Assembly (NCBI GenBank): GCA_016186705.1
Contig: JACPLB010000007.1
Span: forward strand, 1-56,879
DNA length: 56,879 bases
DNA from: Candidatus Kaiserbacteria bacterium
Lineage (GTDB): Bacteria; Patescibacteriota; Minisyncoccia; Phycocordibacterales; JABMNX01
Direction of reading: 5' to 3'
Positions 34,978-44,510 of the stretch are shown here, piece after piece. The notes under the pieces were generated by a model. It saw only the letters and a list, made by a program, of their open reading frames with translations, had not been told where the DNA came from and did not search any database. Each line of letters starts with the position of its first letter. Position 1 is the first letter of the stretch. Made by a program: the position numbers and the translations under genes.

Positions 34978-36120
34978 GAGAAAAACAAGTTCTTTTTCGG
35001 TAAGATCAGGATTATTCCCGAAATAAAATCCATGCTGATTTATAAAATCAGTATTTTCAAGTTTTTCTTCTTTGTGAACATATTTTTTATAGAACGGTTG
35101 GCGTGTAATATTACCTGCGATAATCGGTCTTGTCTCTACGTCATTATCTTCGAACCTTTTTTTATACATTTTAAATATCTTATCGGTAATACATACAATA
35201 GGGACGGCAAAATTTGAAAAGATATCCATATGTTTCGTTCTTAATACTTGTATATTCCCATTTGCTAGGATGGACTTGTTGAGAAAGTTAAAATTTTCTT
35301 CTCGCTTTTTCACAATGGAATTCCAGTAATCAAGTTGGGTAGTGCCGATAAATCCTTGTATATCGGTAGGTCGCATATTATTACCTACATCGTAAAAAGT
35401 GTACCGTGCATAAAAATCATCGATTTTATATTTATCCTGGAGCTCTTTCTGTTTTTGAGGAGATAGGTTTCTACTCCACCCATGGGCTCGTGCAATAAGA
35501 AGCATGTTGTACAGCTCTTCATCGTCGGTACACACCATCCCCCCTTCAATTGTTGAAATGTGGTGACCTACAAAAAAAGAGAACGTTGAGGCTACGCCAA
35601 AGTTTCCCAACAGTTTCCCGTCTATCATAGAACCTAACGATTCGCAGTTATCTTCAAGGAATATGACTCCCCCTTCTTCACATAATGTCCTGATGTTGCC
35701 AATGTCAGATGCTAAACCTAAGACATTTGTAAGGAAAAAAGCATTTAAATCTTTGATGCGTGTCTGTAATATTTTGCTTGAAACATTCAATGTGTCTAAC
35801 TCGCAGTCAATTGCTACCGGCACCATACCAAGCTGAATGATAGGCATTACGTTTGTCGACCATGTAAGGGCGGAGAATCCAATTCTGTCCCCCCGTTTAA
35901 GTCTCCCAATGTTAAGTAGTGCCTGTAGAAGAATGAAGTTTGCACTACTCCCGCTATTAACAAAAACTGCGAATGAACGACCTTGTTTTTTCGCAAAGAG
36001 TTGTTCAAATGTCCTTGTTTCTTCACCCATACTTAACGTATCCGCTTTGACAATAAAATCAATTAACCTTCTTTTGGTATCCGCTTCATTATGAAAACTA
36101 TGTTTAACAAGTTTAATCAT
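34957..36120 (-). CDS. colD: ColD-type PLP/PMP-dependent GDP-4-keto-6-deoxy-D-mannose 3-dehydratase (DegT family with His in place of the Schiff-base Lys)
   Basis: 387 aa. SGSSANFILLQAL and FLEDNCESLG. The active-site stretch FSFFVGHHISTIEGG has His-His (codons at 35560-35565) where DegT aminotransferases carry Lys, as in ColD/E1 dehydratases. There is no E1-type Fe-S Cys motif. Confidence 0.6.
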   Translation of the reverse strand: MIKLVKHSFHNEADTKRRLIDFIVKADTLSMGEETRTFEQLFAKKQGRSFAVFVNSGSSANFILLQALLNIGRLKRGDRIGFSALTWSTNVMPIIQLGMVPVAIDCELDTLNVSSKILQTRIKDLNAFFLTNVLGLASDIGNIRTLCEEGGVIFLEDNCESLGSMIDGKLLGNFGVASTFSFFVGHHISTIEGGMVCTDDEELYNMLLIARAHGWSRNLSPQKQKELQDKYKIDDFYARYTFYDVGNNMRPTDIQGFIGTTQLDYWNSIVKKREENFNFLNKSILANGNIQVLRTKHMDIFSNFAVPIVCITDKIFKMYKKRFEDNDVETRPIIAGNITRQPFYKKYVHKEEKLENTDFINQHGFYFGNNPDLTEKELVFLSHLLVA

Positions 36121-36160
36121 ATATATTATGCAATTTCTGGATTTCCAAAGGGCATTTATT

Positions 36161-37090
36161 TTATGTATATTGTTCCAAAAAAATCCGATAGGTCTTCTTA
36201 AGCCCCTCGTTCAGATCTACCGTGTGTTTCCATCCCAATGCGTGTATTTTCTCTACATCAAGTAACTTCCTGGGCATACCATCAGGCTTTGACGTATCAA
36301 ACACAAGATTGCCATGGTATCTAACTATATGCTTTATCTTTTCAGCAAGCTCTTGAATAGTGACGTCATGCCCTGTTCCTACGTTTAAAAACTTGTTGTC
36401 AGTATAGTGCTCCATAAGCCATACTACTGCAGCAGCTAAGTCATCTACGTACAGGAATTCTCTTTGTACCTTTCCACTACCCCATACAGTAACTTCGGGC
36501 TGATTATTTATTTTTGCCTCATGCATATTTCTCACGAGAGCAGGGATGACGTGTGAAGTTTCCACATTAAAATTATCCCCCTCTCCGTAAATATTGGTCG
36601 GCATGCAGGAAATGAAGGTTTTTTTATACTGTGTATAGATTGCTTCACACAATTTCATTCCCGCAATCTTTGCAAGAGCATATCCTTCGTTAGTCGGCTC
36701 AAGCGGTCCGGTCAAGAGATATTCTTCTTTCATCGGCTGCAGACTCTCGCGCGGGTATATACAGCTACTTCCTAGAAAAAGAAGTTTTTCTGTATCGTGT
36801 AGATGAGCCTGCCAGATGACATTGTTTTGAATTTGCAAATTTTCATATAAAAAACCTGCAGGATTGTTTATGCTTGCACGGATGCCACCGACATGAGCGG
36901 CACAATGTATAACATACTGCGGTTTCTCCTTTTTAAAAAACAACTCTACGGCAGATTGATTGAGTAAGTCTAATTCCGCTCTTTTTTTTAATACAAGGTT
37001 GGTAAACCCAGACTGCTTTAGCGCCCGAACAACGGCTGACCCGACCATTCCTGTATGACCCGATATATAAATTTTTGCGGTTTTTTCCAT
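36161..37090 (-). CDS. fcl: GDP-L-fucose synthase family 3,5-epimerase/4-reductase (Fcl; could also serve as ColC-type colitose synthase)
   Basis: IYISGHTGMVGSAV, LFLGSSCIYP, LEPTNEGYALAKIAGMKLCE, MPTNIYGEGDNF..SHVIPALV, VWGSGKVQREFLYVDD and SKPDGMPRKLLDV are strongly Fcl-like. Confidence 0.85.
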   Translation of the reverse strand: MEKTAKIYISGHTGMVGSAVVRALKQSGFTNLVLKKRAELDLLNQSAVELFFKKEKPQYVIHCAAHVGGIRASINNPAGFLYENLQIQNNVIWQAHLHDTEKLLFLGSSCIYPRESLQPMKEEYLLTGPLEPTNEGYALAKIAGMKLCEAIYTQYKKTFISCMPTNIYGEGDNFNVETSHVIPALVRNMHEAKINNQPEVTVWGSGKVQREFLYVDDLAAAVVWLMEHYTDNKFLNVGTGHDVTIQELAEKIKHIVRYHGNLVFDTSKPDGMPRKLLDVEKIHALGWKHTVDLNEGLKKTYRIFLEQYT

Positions 37091-37108
37091 ACTGTATTGA
37101 GCACGTAA

Positions 37109-38254
37109 CTACAAAGACTGTCTGAAAAGTGACAAAATGCGTTGCGCTCGATGTTTCCAAGAGTAATACCCGGCTTTTTGAAAGGCACTTGTCGCGCGGA
37201 CATGTGCAGCGGAGACATCTCTAAAAACGAGTTCTATTGCGCGCGAGAGCGCCTGAGCATCGCTCGGAGGAACAAAGTAAGCGCTTTGATCGTCTAGAAC
37301 CTCTCGAACACTTGGCAAATCAGTACTAATAATGGGTCGCTTAACCGCCATGTATTCAAAGAGTTTCATTGGGGACATGTATAAAGCGTAATGCTCGGCA
37401 TCAGGATAATTCATGACAAGCACGTCGGAGGCGGAGAGGTATAACGGCACCTGCGGCTGCGGGACGTGTCCCACAAGATTATATGATTTTTTATCAATAG
37501 TAGCCAGATGAAGCTTTTCAATAAGCTCCTTTCTTTCGTCGTTATTGATTCCAACCAGTAATAACATGACACCAGGCACGCGAGCTGAAACAGCGGCAAA
37601 AGCTTCAATGAGTTCGTCCACGCCTTTCCCCTTTCCCATGGTTTTGTATTTGCCGACGTATCCAATGATTTTTCTCTCTTGAGGAAGATTAAGAGATGAA
37701 CGCGCTTCGCGTACGTCCATGGGAGAAAATTGATCAAGGTCAACACCATCACGCTCAACAATGACACGGCTCGGGACAACGGCGCCTTTTTCTTCATAGA
37801 AATTTTTAAGCCCGCCTGAAATAACAACAAGACCGAGAATGCGTTTCAGCAATGATGCGATAATAAAATTATATCTTGGAGTATGTGCCTCCCATACCAG
37901 ATTTTTCTTTATAAAACTAAGAAACCAGAGAGGTAATTCATCGCGCGAATAGACAACGTCTGTTTTTTGAAACAACACATACAGGAACATTGATATGGAA
38001 AATGAAACTACCTGAATCCAGAAACCAAGATGGCCAAGTTTCACGGTATCAAGTGACGGTATTCTTGTAATTTCAAAGACGTGTTTGACTTTATAATATT
38101 CAAAAGGATCTTCTTTTATCTTATTGAATCGCCACGGCACAACAAGCTCAACCTGCGCTCCGTTTTGAGCAAATGCTTCGCACATTTTCATGATTTGTAT
38201 GCCATGTGCTTTCTCGGTTGGAAGCCGAATATTTGCTATATAAAGAATTTTCAT
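37109..38254 (-). CDS. GT4 family glycosyltransferase
   Basis: MKILYIANIRLPTEKAHGIQ.. N-terminus. C-terminal retaining-GT motif region (MSPMKLFEYMAVKRPIISTD). ATG 38254 is preferred to the tracked 38266. Confidence 0.8.
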   Translation of the reverse strand: MKILYIANIRLPTEKAHGIQIMKMCEAFAQNGAQVELVVPWRFNKIKEDPFEYYKVKHVFEITRIPSLDTVKLGHLGFWIQVVSFSISMFLYVLFQKTDVVYSRDELPLWFLSFIKKNLVWEAHTPRYNFIIASLLKRILGLVVISGGLKNFYEEKGAVVPSRVIVERDGVDLDQFSPMDVREARSSLNLPQERKIIGYVGKYKTMGKGKGVDELIEAFAAVSARVPGVMLLLVGINNDERKELIEKLHLATIDKKSYNLVGHVPQPQVPLYLSASDVLVMNYPDAEHYALYMSPMKLFEYMAVKRPIISTDLPSVREVLDDQSAYFVPPSDAQALSRAIELVFRDVSAAHVRATSAFQKAGYYSWKHRAQRILSLFRQSL

Positions 38255-38262
38255 ATGTGTCT

Positions 38263-38877
38263 TCACTTGACTAAAAATACATAGAAACCACTTGTCTGCT
38301 TGCTGTTTGTTTTTCTTAACATAATATCCGCCACGCGGGCGAGAAATAGAAAGATGCTAAAGCGACCAAGTGGGCTTAATTTGAGCCATGTTTCCGTAGC
38401 ACCATGAAGTTTTTGAATTTCAATAGAGGAAAATTTCTTGAATATATGCCGTATCGAATCTTCAGTAAACCGCCAATAATCCTTGTAGTACCCCTCTTCG
38501 GCGTGATAGTAATAGAGAAACGGAACATAGACGAAACAGTACCCTCCTGATTTTAGAACACGATGCATTTCTTCCGATGCTCTGTGCGGATTTTCCACGT
38601 GCGTCAAAACAGAGCTGCAAATAATCGCTTCTTGCGAATTATCCTTGAGCGGCAAGTTTTGAATATCCCCGACTATATCGGGGTGGTATGTTTCCACCGT
38701 GTCTAATATTTTGTAATTGCTGGCGTTCGCCAATTCCGCTATCCACGCGTTTTTTTGATTATACCTATTGCCACGTTCCTTTGAGATACGCAATCCCCCG
38801 CCTATGTCCAAAACCCGCCGTTTCTCGATAAAGATTCTACGGATTTTGTCATTAAAAAACCTGTCCCATTTAGACAT
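38263..38877 (-). CDS. Class I SAM-dependent methyltransferase
   Basis: VLDIGGGLR motif I and EAIICSSVLTHVENP. Confidence 0.75.
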   Translation of the reverse strand: MSKWDRFFNDKIRRIFIEKRRVLDIGGGLRISKERGNRYNQKNAWIAELANASNYKILDTVETYHPDIVGDIQNLPLKDNSQEAIICSSVLTHVENPHRASEEMHRVLKSGGYCFVYVPFLYYYHAEEGYYKDYWRFTEDSIRHIFKKFSSIEIQKLHGATETWLKLSPLGRFSIFLFLARVADIMLRKTNSKQTSGFYVFLVK

Positions 38878-39331
38878 GACGTTTTGGTTTAAAGATATAC
38901 AGCTTGAAAATAAAAAAATTCGATACCGCGATCACTAATAGCGTAAAGAATTGCGCCGCCATATACCATAAATGAAATATTTCAACCAAGACATAGACCG
39001 CGTATATATTTACGATGAGATTTGCTATTTGTACGGCAAAAAACAAAGCGGCTTGTTTGGGAATATTTTCTTTATTCTCATCAATGAATGTCCAGAATTT
39101 TTGAAGCGTAAAGCTCACTCCGAAAGCAATGAAGAATGCACACGCAATTGACACTATATACCATAACCCGACAAATTCAGTAAATACATAAAGTGCGATG
39201 AGATTTACGAGCGTCGCCGTCGTTCCCGCAATAAGAAACCGCGTTATCTGAAAAAATTGTTCAGTACTCATAGGAGTCCGAGTGCGCGCATATTCAAAAC
39301 TTTTGCACATTGCGCGTATGATGGATAACAT
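38870..39331 (-). CDS. GtrA-family membrane protein (polyprenol-phosphate-sugar translocation-associated)
   Basis: Four TM segments with FLIAGTTATLVNLIALYVFTEFVGLWY.., typical of GtrA. The likely start is ATG 39271 (MSTEQFF), since the tracked start overlaps the upstream GT2 by 38 nt. Confidence 0.7.
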   Translation of the reverse strand: MLSIIRAMCKSFEYARTRTPMSTEQFFQITRFLIAGTTATLVNLIALYVFTEFVGLWYIVSIACAFFIAFGVSFTLQKFWTFIDENKENIPKQAALFFAVQIANLIVNIYAVYVLVEIFHLWYMAAQFFTLLVIAVSNFFIFKLYIFKPKRHV

Positions 39332-40238
39332 ACATCGGCCTATTCATTACTTCTCTTTGAATATTCAACATATAAAAGGCTATTAATCCCAGCCACATGA
39401 TTACGACGCCGATTAAAAAGAGTATTAGGACGGCTATCATGGCCGTGCCTGATATATTAAGCCCAAACGGATCACCAAGGAGTATGTCCTCTACGATGAT
39501 AAAGAGCCCTAATACTGCCGAAAAAAACGTAATGAACGCACCCAGATATCCAATAATCCGCAGGGGGAAAGTTGAATGAGAGATAACCGCCGAGAGCGCG
39601 AGTTTAAATAATTTTCTGTTGCTATAACTTGAAGTACCTCTGCTTCTCTCGGCAACTCTGAAAATAACATGCTTTTTTTTAAAGCCTACCCAATCAAGAA
39701 TTCCGCGGGTTATTCTGTTTCTTTCGGTAAATTTATTGAACTCATCCGCCACTCTTCGGTCAATCAGCCTGAAGTCGGTTGAACGCGGCACGAATTCAAT
39801 GTCTCCAATGACATTTATGATTTTATAGAATATGCGAGACCCGACGCGCTTCACAAAACTTTCGTGCACATCGATATCTCGCACCCCGATAACCATCTCC
39901 GCCCCTTGCTCCCAACATGCAATGAACTCCGGTAATAACTCCGGCGGATGCTGTAAATCCGCATCAAGTGTCACAATCGCGTCTCCACGAGAGACTTGTA
40001 TCCCTGCTGTCACCGCCATCTCCTTGGAGAAGTTTCTTGAGAATTCAATGTATTTTACTTTTTTATCTTGAGCGACAATGTCTTCTATTATTCCCCCGGT
40101 CATATCAGTGCTTCCGTCATTTACAAAAAGAATCTCATATGTACTGCCTGACATCGCTGCGGATATCCGCGTGTATACGGCTTGAATATTCTCTTGTTCG
40201 TTGTATACAGGAACAACGATGGAAATGAGTTTTTTCAT
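39294..40238 (-). CDS. GT2 polyprenol-phosphate glycosyltransferase (GtrB/ArnC-like) with two C-terminal TM helices
   Basis: ISIVVPVYNEQENI..EILFVNDGSTDMT, DADLQHPPE, and C-terminal TM helices. Confidence 0.85.
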   Translation of the reverse strand: MKKLISIVVPVYNEQENIQAVYTRISAAMSGSTYEILFVNDGSTDMTGGIIEDIVAQDKKVKYIEFSRNFSKEMAVTAGIQVSRGDAIVTLDADLQHPPELLPEFIACWEQGAEMVIGVRDIDVHESFVKRVGSRIFYKIINVIGDIEFVPRSTDFRLIDRRVADEFNKFTERNRITRGILDWVGFKKKHVIFRVAERSRGTSSYSNRKLFKLALSAVISHSTFPLRIIGYLGAFITFFSAVLGLFIIVEDILLGDPFGLNISGTAMIAVLILFLIGVVIMWLGLIAFYMLNIQREVMNRPMYVIHHTRNVQKF

Positions 40239-41656
40239 ATTTTCTTCAATATTGTATATCTCCCTATTCTATCCTTTGGCGCATAGAGCACAAATTCATC
40301 TTTTATCTGCTCATAGGTATTGGAGTATATAATGATTTCATCCGGTACTCCCGCTTCAATCTTTCCAAGCTGTTCCTCACCGATAATCTGGTCTGGGCGC
40401 GGCTTTATATACTGGTAATAATTTCCGGACGGCAAAAATATTACGACCTCTGGTGCGTTGTATACAAAAAAACTTGTGTTGATTGGATAGAGGCTTAAAT
40501 AACGTTCAATGTCCGCTGTTGCAGTGCTTGTGTAGTATTCTGCAGTAAAGGAGCGAAATCCCAATTGATAGACGTTGAGCGCTATGAGGATAGTAATAAT
40601 CAACGGAGCGAAACGTCTCGTGTGAGTCATTGAGTAAAGAGCGTACGGCAAAAATATAAGGCTCAATATCTGCGCCTCAAAAAAATACCGATACCACCCG
40701 AGTGTGCGCAGATACGCTACGAGAATAAGAAAGGAAAAAAAGAAGGCGGTACATTCCGCTAGGGAAATTTTCAATCTTCTGATAAACACGGAGAAAGCCC
40801 ACGCAAGAAACACAAGGAGTAAGAAGGCGGGGCTTGCTTCGGAGATAAGTCTGAACATATTATCCACGACCAGTCCGAGAGCATCCCCTACACCAGAGGG
40901 TGTCGCGTAAAAAGCAAAAATGTGTGGCAGTGAATCAGATACTTTGAATTGAGTGCTTATCCACAGCGCAACAGGAATCAAAAATGCGAATACGAAGATG
41001 AGTATCGGTTTTATTATAAACGTTATCTTCTTCCTTAAGAAAAAAACGGAGAACGCCAAAGCGGGCAGCAAAATGAAAAAGATTGGTTTTGTGACTACAC
41101 ACAATCCTCCCGCAAGACCGGCGAGTATATACCACCGAATATCTTTAAAATCACTCTCTTCAAGTTTGTATATAAAAAACAGAAATAAAATCAGAAAGAA
41201 CATGCCTGGGACTTCTCCCAGAGTGCTTTTCCCGTTTCCGTAGAGTACCGGGAATGTCGCAAGTAATGAAGAACTGTATGCCGCCACCTTGAAGCCAAAC
41301 AGGTTCTTCAAGAGAAAATACGCGTAAAAGACAAGCAAAAGAATAAATACGACCATGACGGACCGCGCCTGGAGTACCCCCACATCAAAGAGACCAAAAG
41401 AGAGAGCGACAGGATAAATTAACGGAAATCCGACGGTGCTGTTTGAGGCGGAAGCAAACACATCAGGTTCCACTTGCAACCCAAAATCTCCCGCCCTAAG
41501 TAGGTTAATGGCGCTTTGGTGGTATATTCCTTCGTCATACCATACGGGAGGACTCTCAGTCAGTCTGTACGTGGAGAAAAACAGCACTACGAGTACAAGC
41601 GCCCATGGAAAATATTTCTGTATCGTATCTGTATACTTTGTATCATTCGTTAGCAT
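40235..41656 (-). CDS. GT-C fold membrane glycosyltransferase (ArnT/PMT_2-like; GtrC-equivalent)
   Basis: 473 aa, polytopic, with the N-terminal loop motif PPVWYDEGIYHQSAINL. A 4-nt overlap with the downstream GtrB-like gene. Confidence 0.65.
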   Translation of the reverse strand: MLTNDTKYTDTIQKYFPWALVLVVLFFSTYRLTESPPVWYDEGIYHQSAINLLRAGDFGLQVEPDVFASASNSTVGFPLIYPVALSFGLFDVGVLQARSVMVVFILLLVFYAYFLLKNLFGFKVAAYSSSLLATFPVLYGNGKSTLGEVPGMFFLILFLFFIYKLEESDFKDIRWYILAGLAGGLCVVTKPIFFILLPALAFSVFFLRKKITFIIKPILIFVFAFLIPVALWISTQFKVSDSLPHIFAFYATPSGVGDALGLVVDNMFRLISEASPAFLLLVFLAWAFSVFIRRLKISLAECTAFFFSFLILVAYLRTLGWYRYFFEAQILSLIFLPYALYSMTHTRRFAPLIITILIALNVYQLGFRSFTAEYYTSTATADIERYLSLYPINTSFFVYNAPEVVIFLPSGNYYQYIKPRPDQIIGEEQLGKIEAGVPDEIIIYSNTYEQIKDEFVLYAPKDRIGRYTILKKI

Positions 41657-42734
41657 GTTTTGAAGAAGCCAGTTGTCTAAGTTTTTCCATTAAAAAAGGG
41701 GTGTAGGAATCGATACGCAAATATTTTTCATATGTCTCACGAGCTTGTTTCTGCATATGTTTGAATTTTTCCGGAGAAACAGACCGGTGAAATTCATGTA
41801 TAATTTTGTCTATATTCTTCAATTCTCTGTAATCGACAAAAACACAGAAGTCCCGGTAATTGATAATGTCTGTCAAAGGCAATGCCATATCCGTGTCCAC
41901 AAAAATAGGTATTCTTCCGAGCGAAAGTGTCTCAAAGAAACGTGTTGATTGATTTGCGTCCCCCCTGATACAGAGCGTGTAGTCAGAATTGATGATATTC
42001 TCTACAAATTCTTCTCGCAAGATATCTGTGTTTTTCTCCGCTGTCTTTATGTTTCCGGAAAAAGACTTCCGGTACAGAAAACGTGTTTCGATGAGCGGAG
42101 ATTGTTCAAGTATTTTCAGCGCTTTTCTCCGTAACAACACCCCTTTGCGATATAAATCAAATTGCGGAGTTAAAAATCCAAGCAAGAAAAGCGGGAGGTC
42201 TTTTATGTATGTCTTCGGGTACGTGAAAAAAGGAAGCGAAGACCATCCTGCAAACCCGACAGTTGGCAACTCTTTCTTGTCTCGCATCGTAAGAATCCCA
42301 TTCCTGTACGAAGCAAGAAGGTCCTCCGCATAAACCGGGATAACAATATCACTCTTTTTCAGTTTACTACGATAGTACGAGTAACGAAGAGCGACACTGT
42401 TTGATATGGGAATTTTGCCTATCTTATCGCTCACCGCATCAATAAGGAGCGGTTTCCTAAGCTTTCGCGCTTCATGTGCATACGCGGTAATCAACTGTGG
42501 CTCATCTTTTTCAAGAGACCAGTAATTGTATGGAAGAAATATGAAATTTGCCTTTTCGCTGTTTTCTGTAAGAGCGTAATACTGCGTGTCAAAATTGATT
42601 TGGTCGAACGTACTTGCAGCAAACGCCATACTTTGCCTTTTTTGGACTCCCCAGAATGGGTACAACAAAACTGAATACAGATACTTTTCCCTTCGTAAGT
42701 GCCGCGGAATGTAGAGAGAGATAATGTTATCCAC
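41643..42734 (-). CDS. Exostosin-like (GT47-like) glycosyltransferase
   Basis: The C-terminal LCIRGDANQSTRFFETLSLGRIPIFVDTDMALPL resembles the exostosin family signature region. Confidence 0.55.
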   Translation of the reverse strand: MDNIISLYIPRHLRREKYLYSVLLYPFWGVQKRQSMAFAASTFDQINFDTQYYALTENSEKANFIFLPYNYWSLEKDEPQLITAYAHEARKLRKPLLIDAVSDKIGKIPISNSVALRYSYYRSKLKKSDIVIPVYAEDLLASYRNGILTMRDKKELPTVGFAGWSSLPFFTYPKTYIKDLPLFLLGFLTPQFDLYRKGVLLRRKALKILEQSPLIETRFLYRKSFSGNIKTAEKNTDILREEFVENIINSDYTLCIRGDANQSTRFFETLSLGRIPIFVDTDMALPLTDIINYRDFCVFVDYRELKNIDKIIHEFHRSVSPEKFKHMQKQARETYEKYLRIDSYTPFLMEKLRQLASSKHANE

Positions 42735-43758
42735 GGGTATGATTCTCTTTTCTAAAAAAATCGAGGTCAGATTTCGCCATCATTGCTACTAGCCCGTTAA
42801 AGTCGACTTCTGGTTTCCATCCTAATTTTTCCCGCGCTTTTGTACTGTCACCAAGAAGATAGTCAACTTCTGCCGGTCGATAAAATTCTTTTCGTATGGT
42901 TAAAATAGTTTTCCCATCTTTGTCTTTTGCAACTTCATCCAAGCCCTTTCCGCTCCATGTAATTTTCATATCAAGAGCTCGACACGCTGCTTCAACAAAA
43001 TCACGGACTGAGCGTGATTCTCCAGTAGCAATGACATAATCATCAGGACTGTCTTGTTGAAGCATGAGGTGCATTGCTCGTACATAATCGCCGGCATATC
43101 CCCAATCTCGTTTAGCTTCAAGATTCCCGAGTGCAAAACTATCTTGAAGACCAAGCTTTATTTTGGCAAGAGAAATAGTGATTTTACGGGTGACAAAATG
43201 TTCACCCCGTTTGGGTGACTCATGATTAAAAAGCAGTCCTGAACAAATATATAAACCGTGTGTATTACGGTATCCTTTTACAAAGTCCTCATGCGCTTTA
43301 AGTTTTGCTTCGCCATACGGACTCACTGGAGCAAAATGAGAATTCTCATTTTGAGGTGGTTTTGTTTTCCCAAACATTTCACTTGTAGAAGCTTGGTATA
43401 TCCTGACTTGAGAATTTATCTTCATTGCTTCATTTACTAGTCGACCCAATCCGTAATAATTTACTTCCATCGTTTCTTCTGGAACTTTAAACGAAATACC
43501 TACATCAGACTGTGCCGCAAGATTGTAAATCTCATTGGGTTGACTTTCTTCAATTGCACGTTGGATAGATGCACTGTCACGCAAATTACCATACAAAATA
43601 TTAATACGCCGTGTTACAGTGAGATCATTGATTCGAAGTAGAGGATCCAAGCTGGTTCGACGCATCAAACCCCATACCTGATATCCCTTAGTGAGAAGAT
43701 ATTCTGCCAGATACGAGCCGTCTTGACCTGTAATACCAGTAATTAAAGCTCTTTTCAT
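42727..43758 (-). CDS. gmd: GDP-mannose 4,6-dehydratase
   Basis: ALITGITGQDGSYLAEYLLTKGYQVWGLMRRTS, YNLAAQSDV, SPYGEAKL, LFNHESPKRGEHFVTRKIT. Classic Gmd. Confidence 0.92.
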   Translation of the reverse strand: MKRALITGITGQDGSYLAEYLLTKGYQVWGLMRRTSLDPLLRINDLTVTRRINILYGNLRDSASIQRAIEESQPNEIYNLAAQSDVGISFKVPEETMEVNYYGLGRLVNEAMKINSQVRIYQASTSEMFGKTKPPQNENSHFAPVSPYGEAKLKAHEDFVKGYRNTHGLYICSGLLFNHESPKRGEHFVTRKITISLAKIKLGLQDSFALGNLEAKRDWGYAGDYVRAMHLMLQQDSPDDYVIATGESRSVRDFVEAACRALDMKITWSGKGLDEVAKDKDGKTILTIRKEFYRPAEVDYLLGDSTKAREKLGWKPEVDFNGLVAMMAKSDLDFFRKENHTRG

Positions 43759-43864
43759 ATATAAATTATAATTCGCCGGATGAGCAACTATTATGCTATA
43801 AATCTAGCGAGACTTCAAGAACCAACCACGCTTCTCATTTCAACGCATCGTTGTCAGTTGTGCT

Positions 43865-44473
43865 TTATTTTATAACCTCAAGCTCCCATGTTAAACACGG
43901 GACCGGGAAAAAAAGTGACAGATATTGATCATAGAATCTCGGGTGGCGATGAATATACCACTTAAATAGTCTAACGAAGGGATTGTGAGAAGCTATTGGC
44001 CACCCATACCAGAATCCAATTTCCCTAAAACGAAAATTAGTATACTGATACTTAGCGAGCTTAGTTCCATCAATGACATAATCAAGTGACTGTGACGTAA
44101 AGAAGTGTCGATGTGTCGGGTCGGTAAAAGCGTCGATGAACCGAAAATAAGGTACTTGGAGAACAATTCTGCCTTTAGGTCGTAAAATACGATGAGCTTC
44201 TCTTAAAAATACAAGGGGTTCAGACACATGCTCAAGATGGTGGTTTGCAAAAACAACATCGAAAGAGTTGTCTTCAAAAGGCCAGGGAGTTTTCGAGACA
44301 TCGTGTATTATATCTGCTTGAGAATTCTCAAGAACATCAAGTCCGACAGCCCCAGAAAGTTTTCGCTGACCGCAACCTATATCAAGAACTTTCTTTTCTT
44401 GGAATATGTTTTCCCGGCTGATCCCGCCGCGAGTATATATCTTCGTAGTTAATATTACCGTTGTATAACTCAT
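43865..44473 (-). CDS. Class I SAM-dependent methyltransferase (Methyltransf_11-like)
   Basis: VLDIGCGQRKL and FDVVFANHHLEHVSEP. Confidence 0.75.
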   Translation of the reverse strand: MSYTTVILTTKIYTRGGISRENIFQEKKVLDIGCGQRKLSGAVGLDVLENSQADIIHDVSKTPWPFEDNSFDVVFANHHLEHVSEPLVFLREAHRILRPKGRIVLQVPYFRFIDAFTDPTHRHFFTSQSLDYVIDGTKLAKYQYTNFRFREIGFWYGWPIASHNPFVRLFKWYIHRHPRFYDQYLSLFFPVPCLTWELEVIK

Positions 44474-44510
44474 AACTTAGGTTGTATGAAAAGAAGTGTC
44501 TAGATCTTTC

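Noticed and set aside
34975-35217. Possible read-through of the TGA at 34975-34977 into the in-frame ORF 35032..35217
   Set aside because: The downstream frame is the antisense of the well-conserved ColD-type gene, and its translation is Phe/Ile-rich low complexity.
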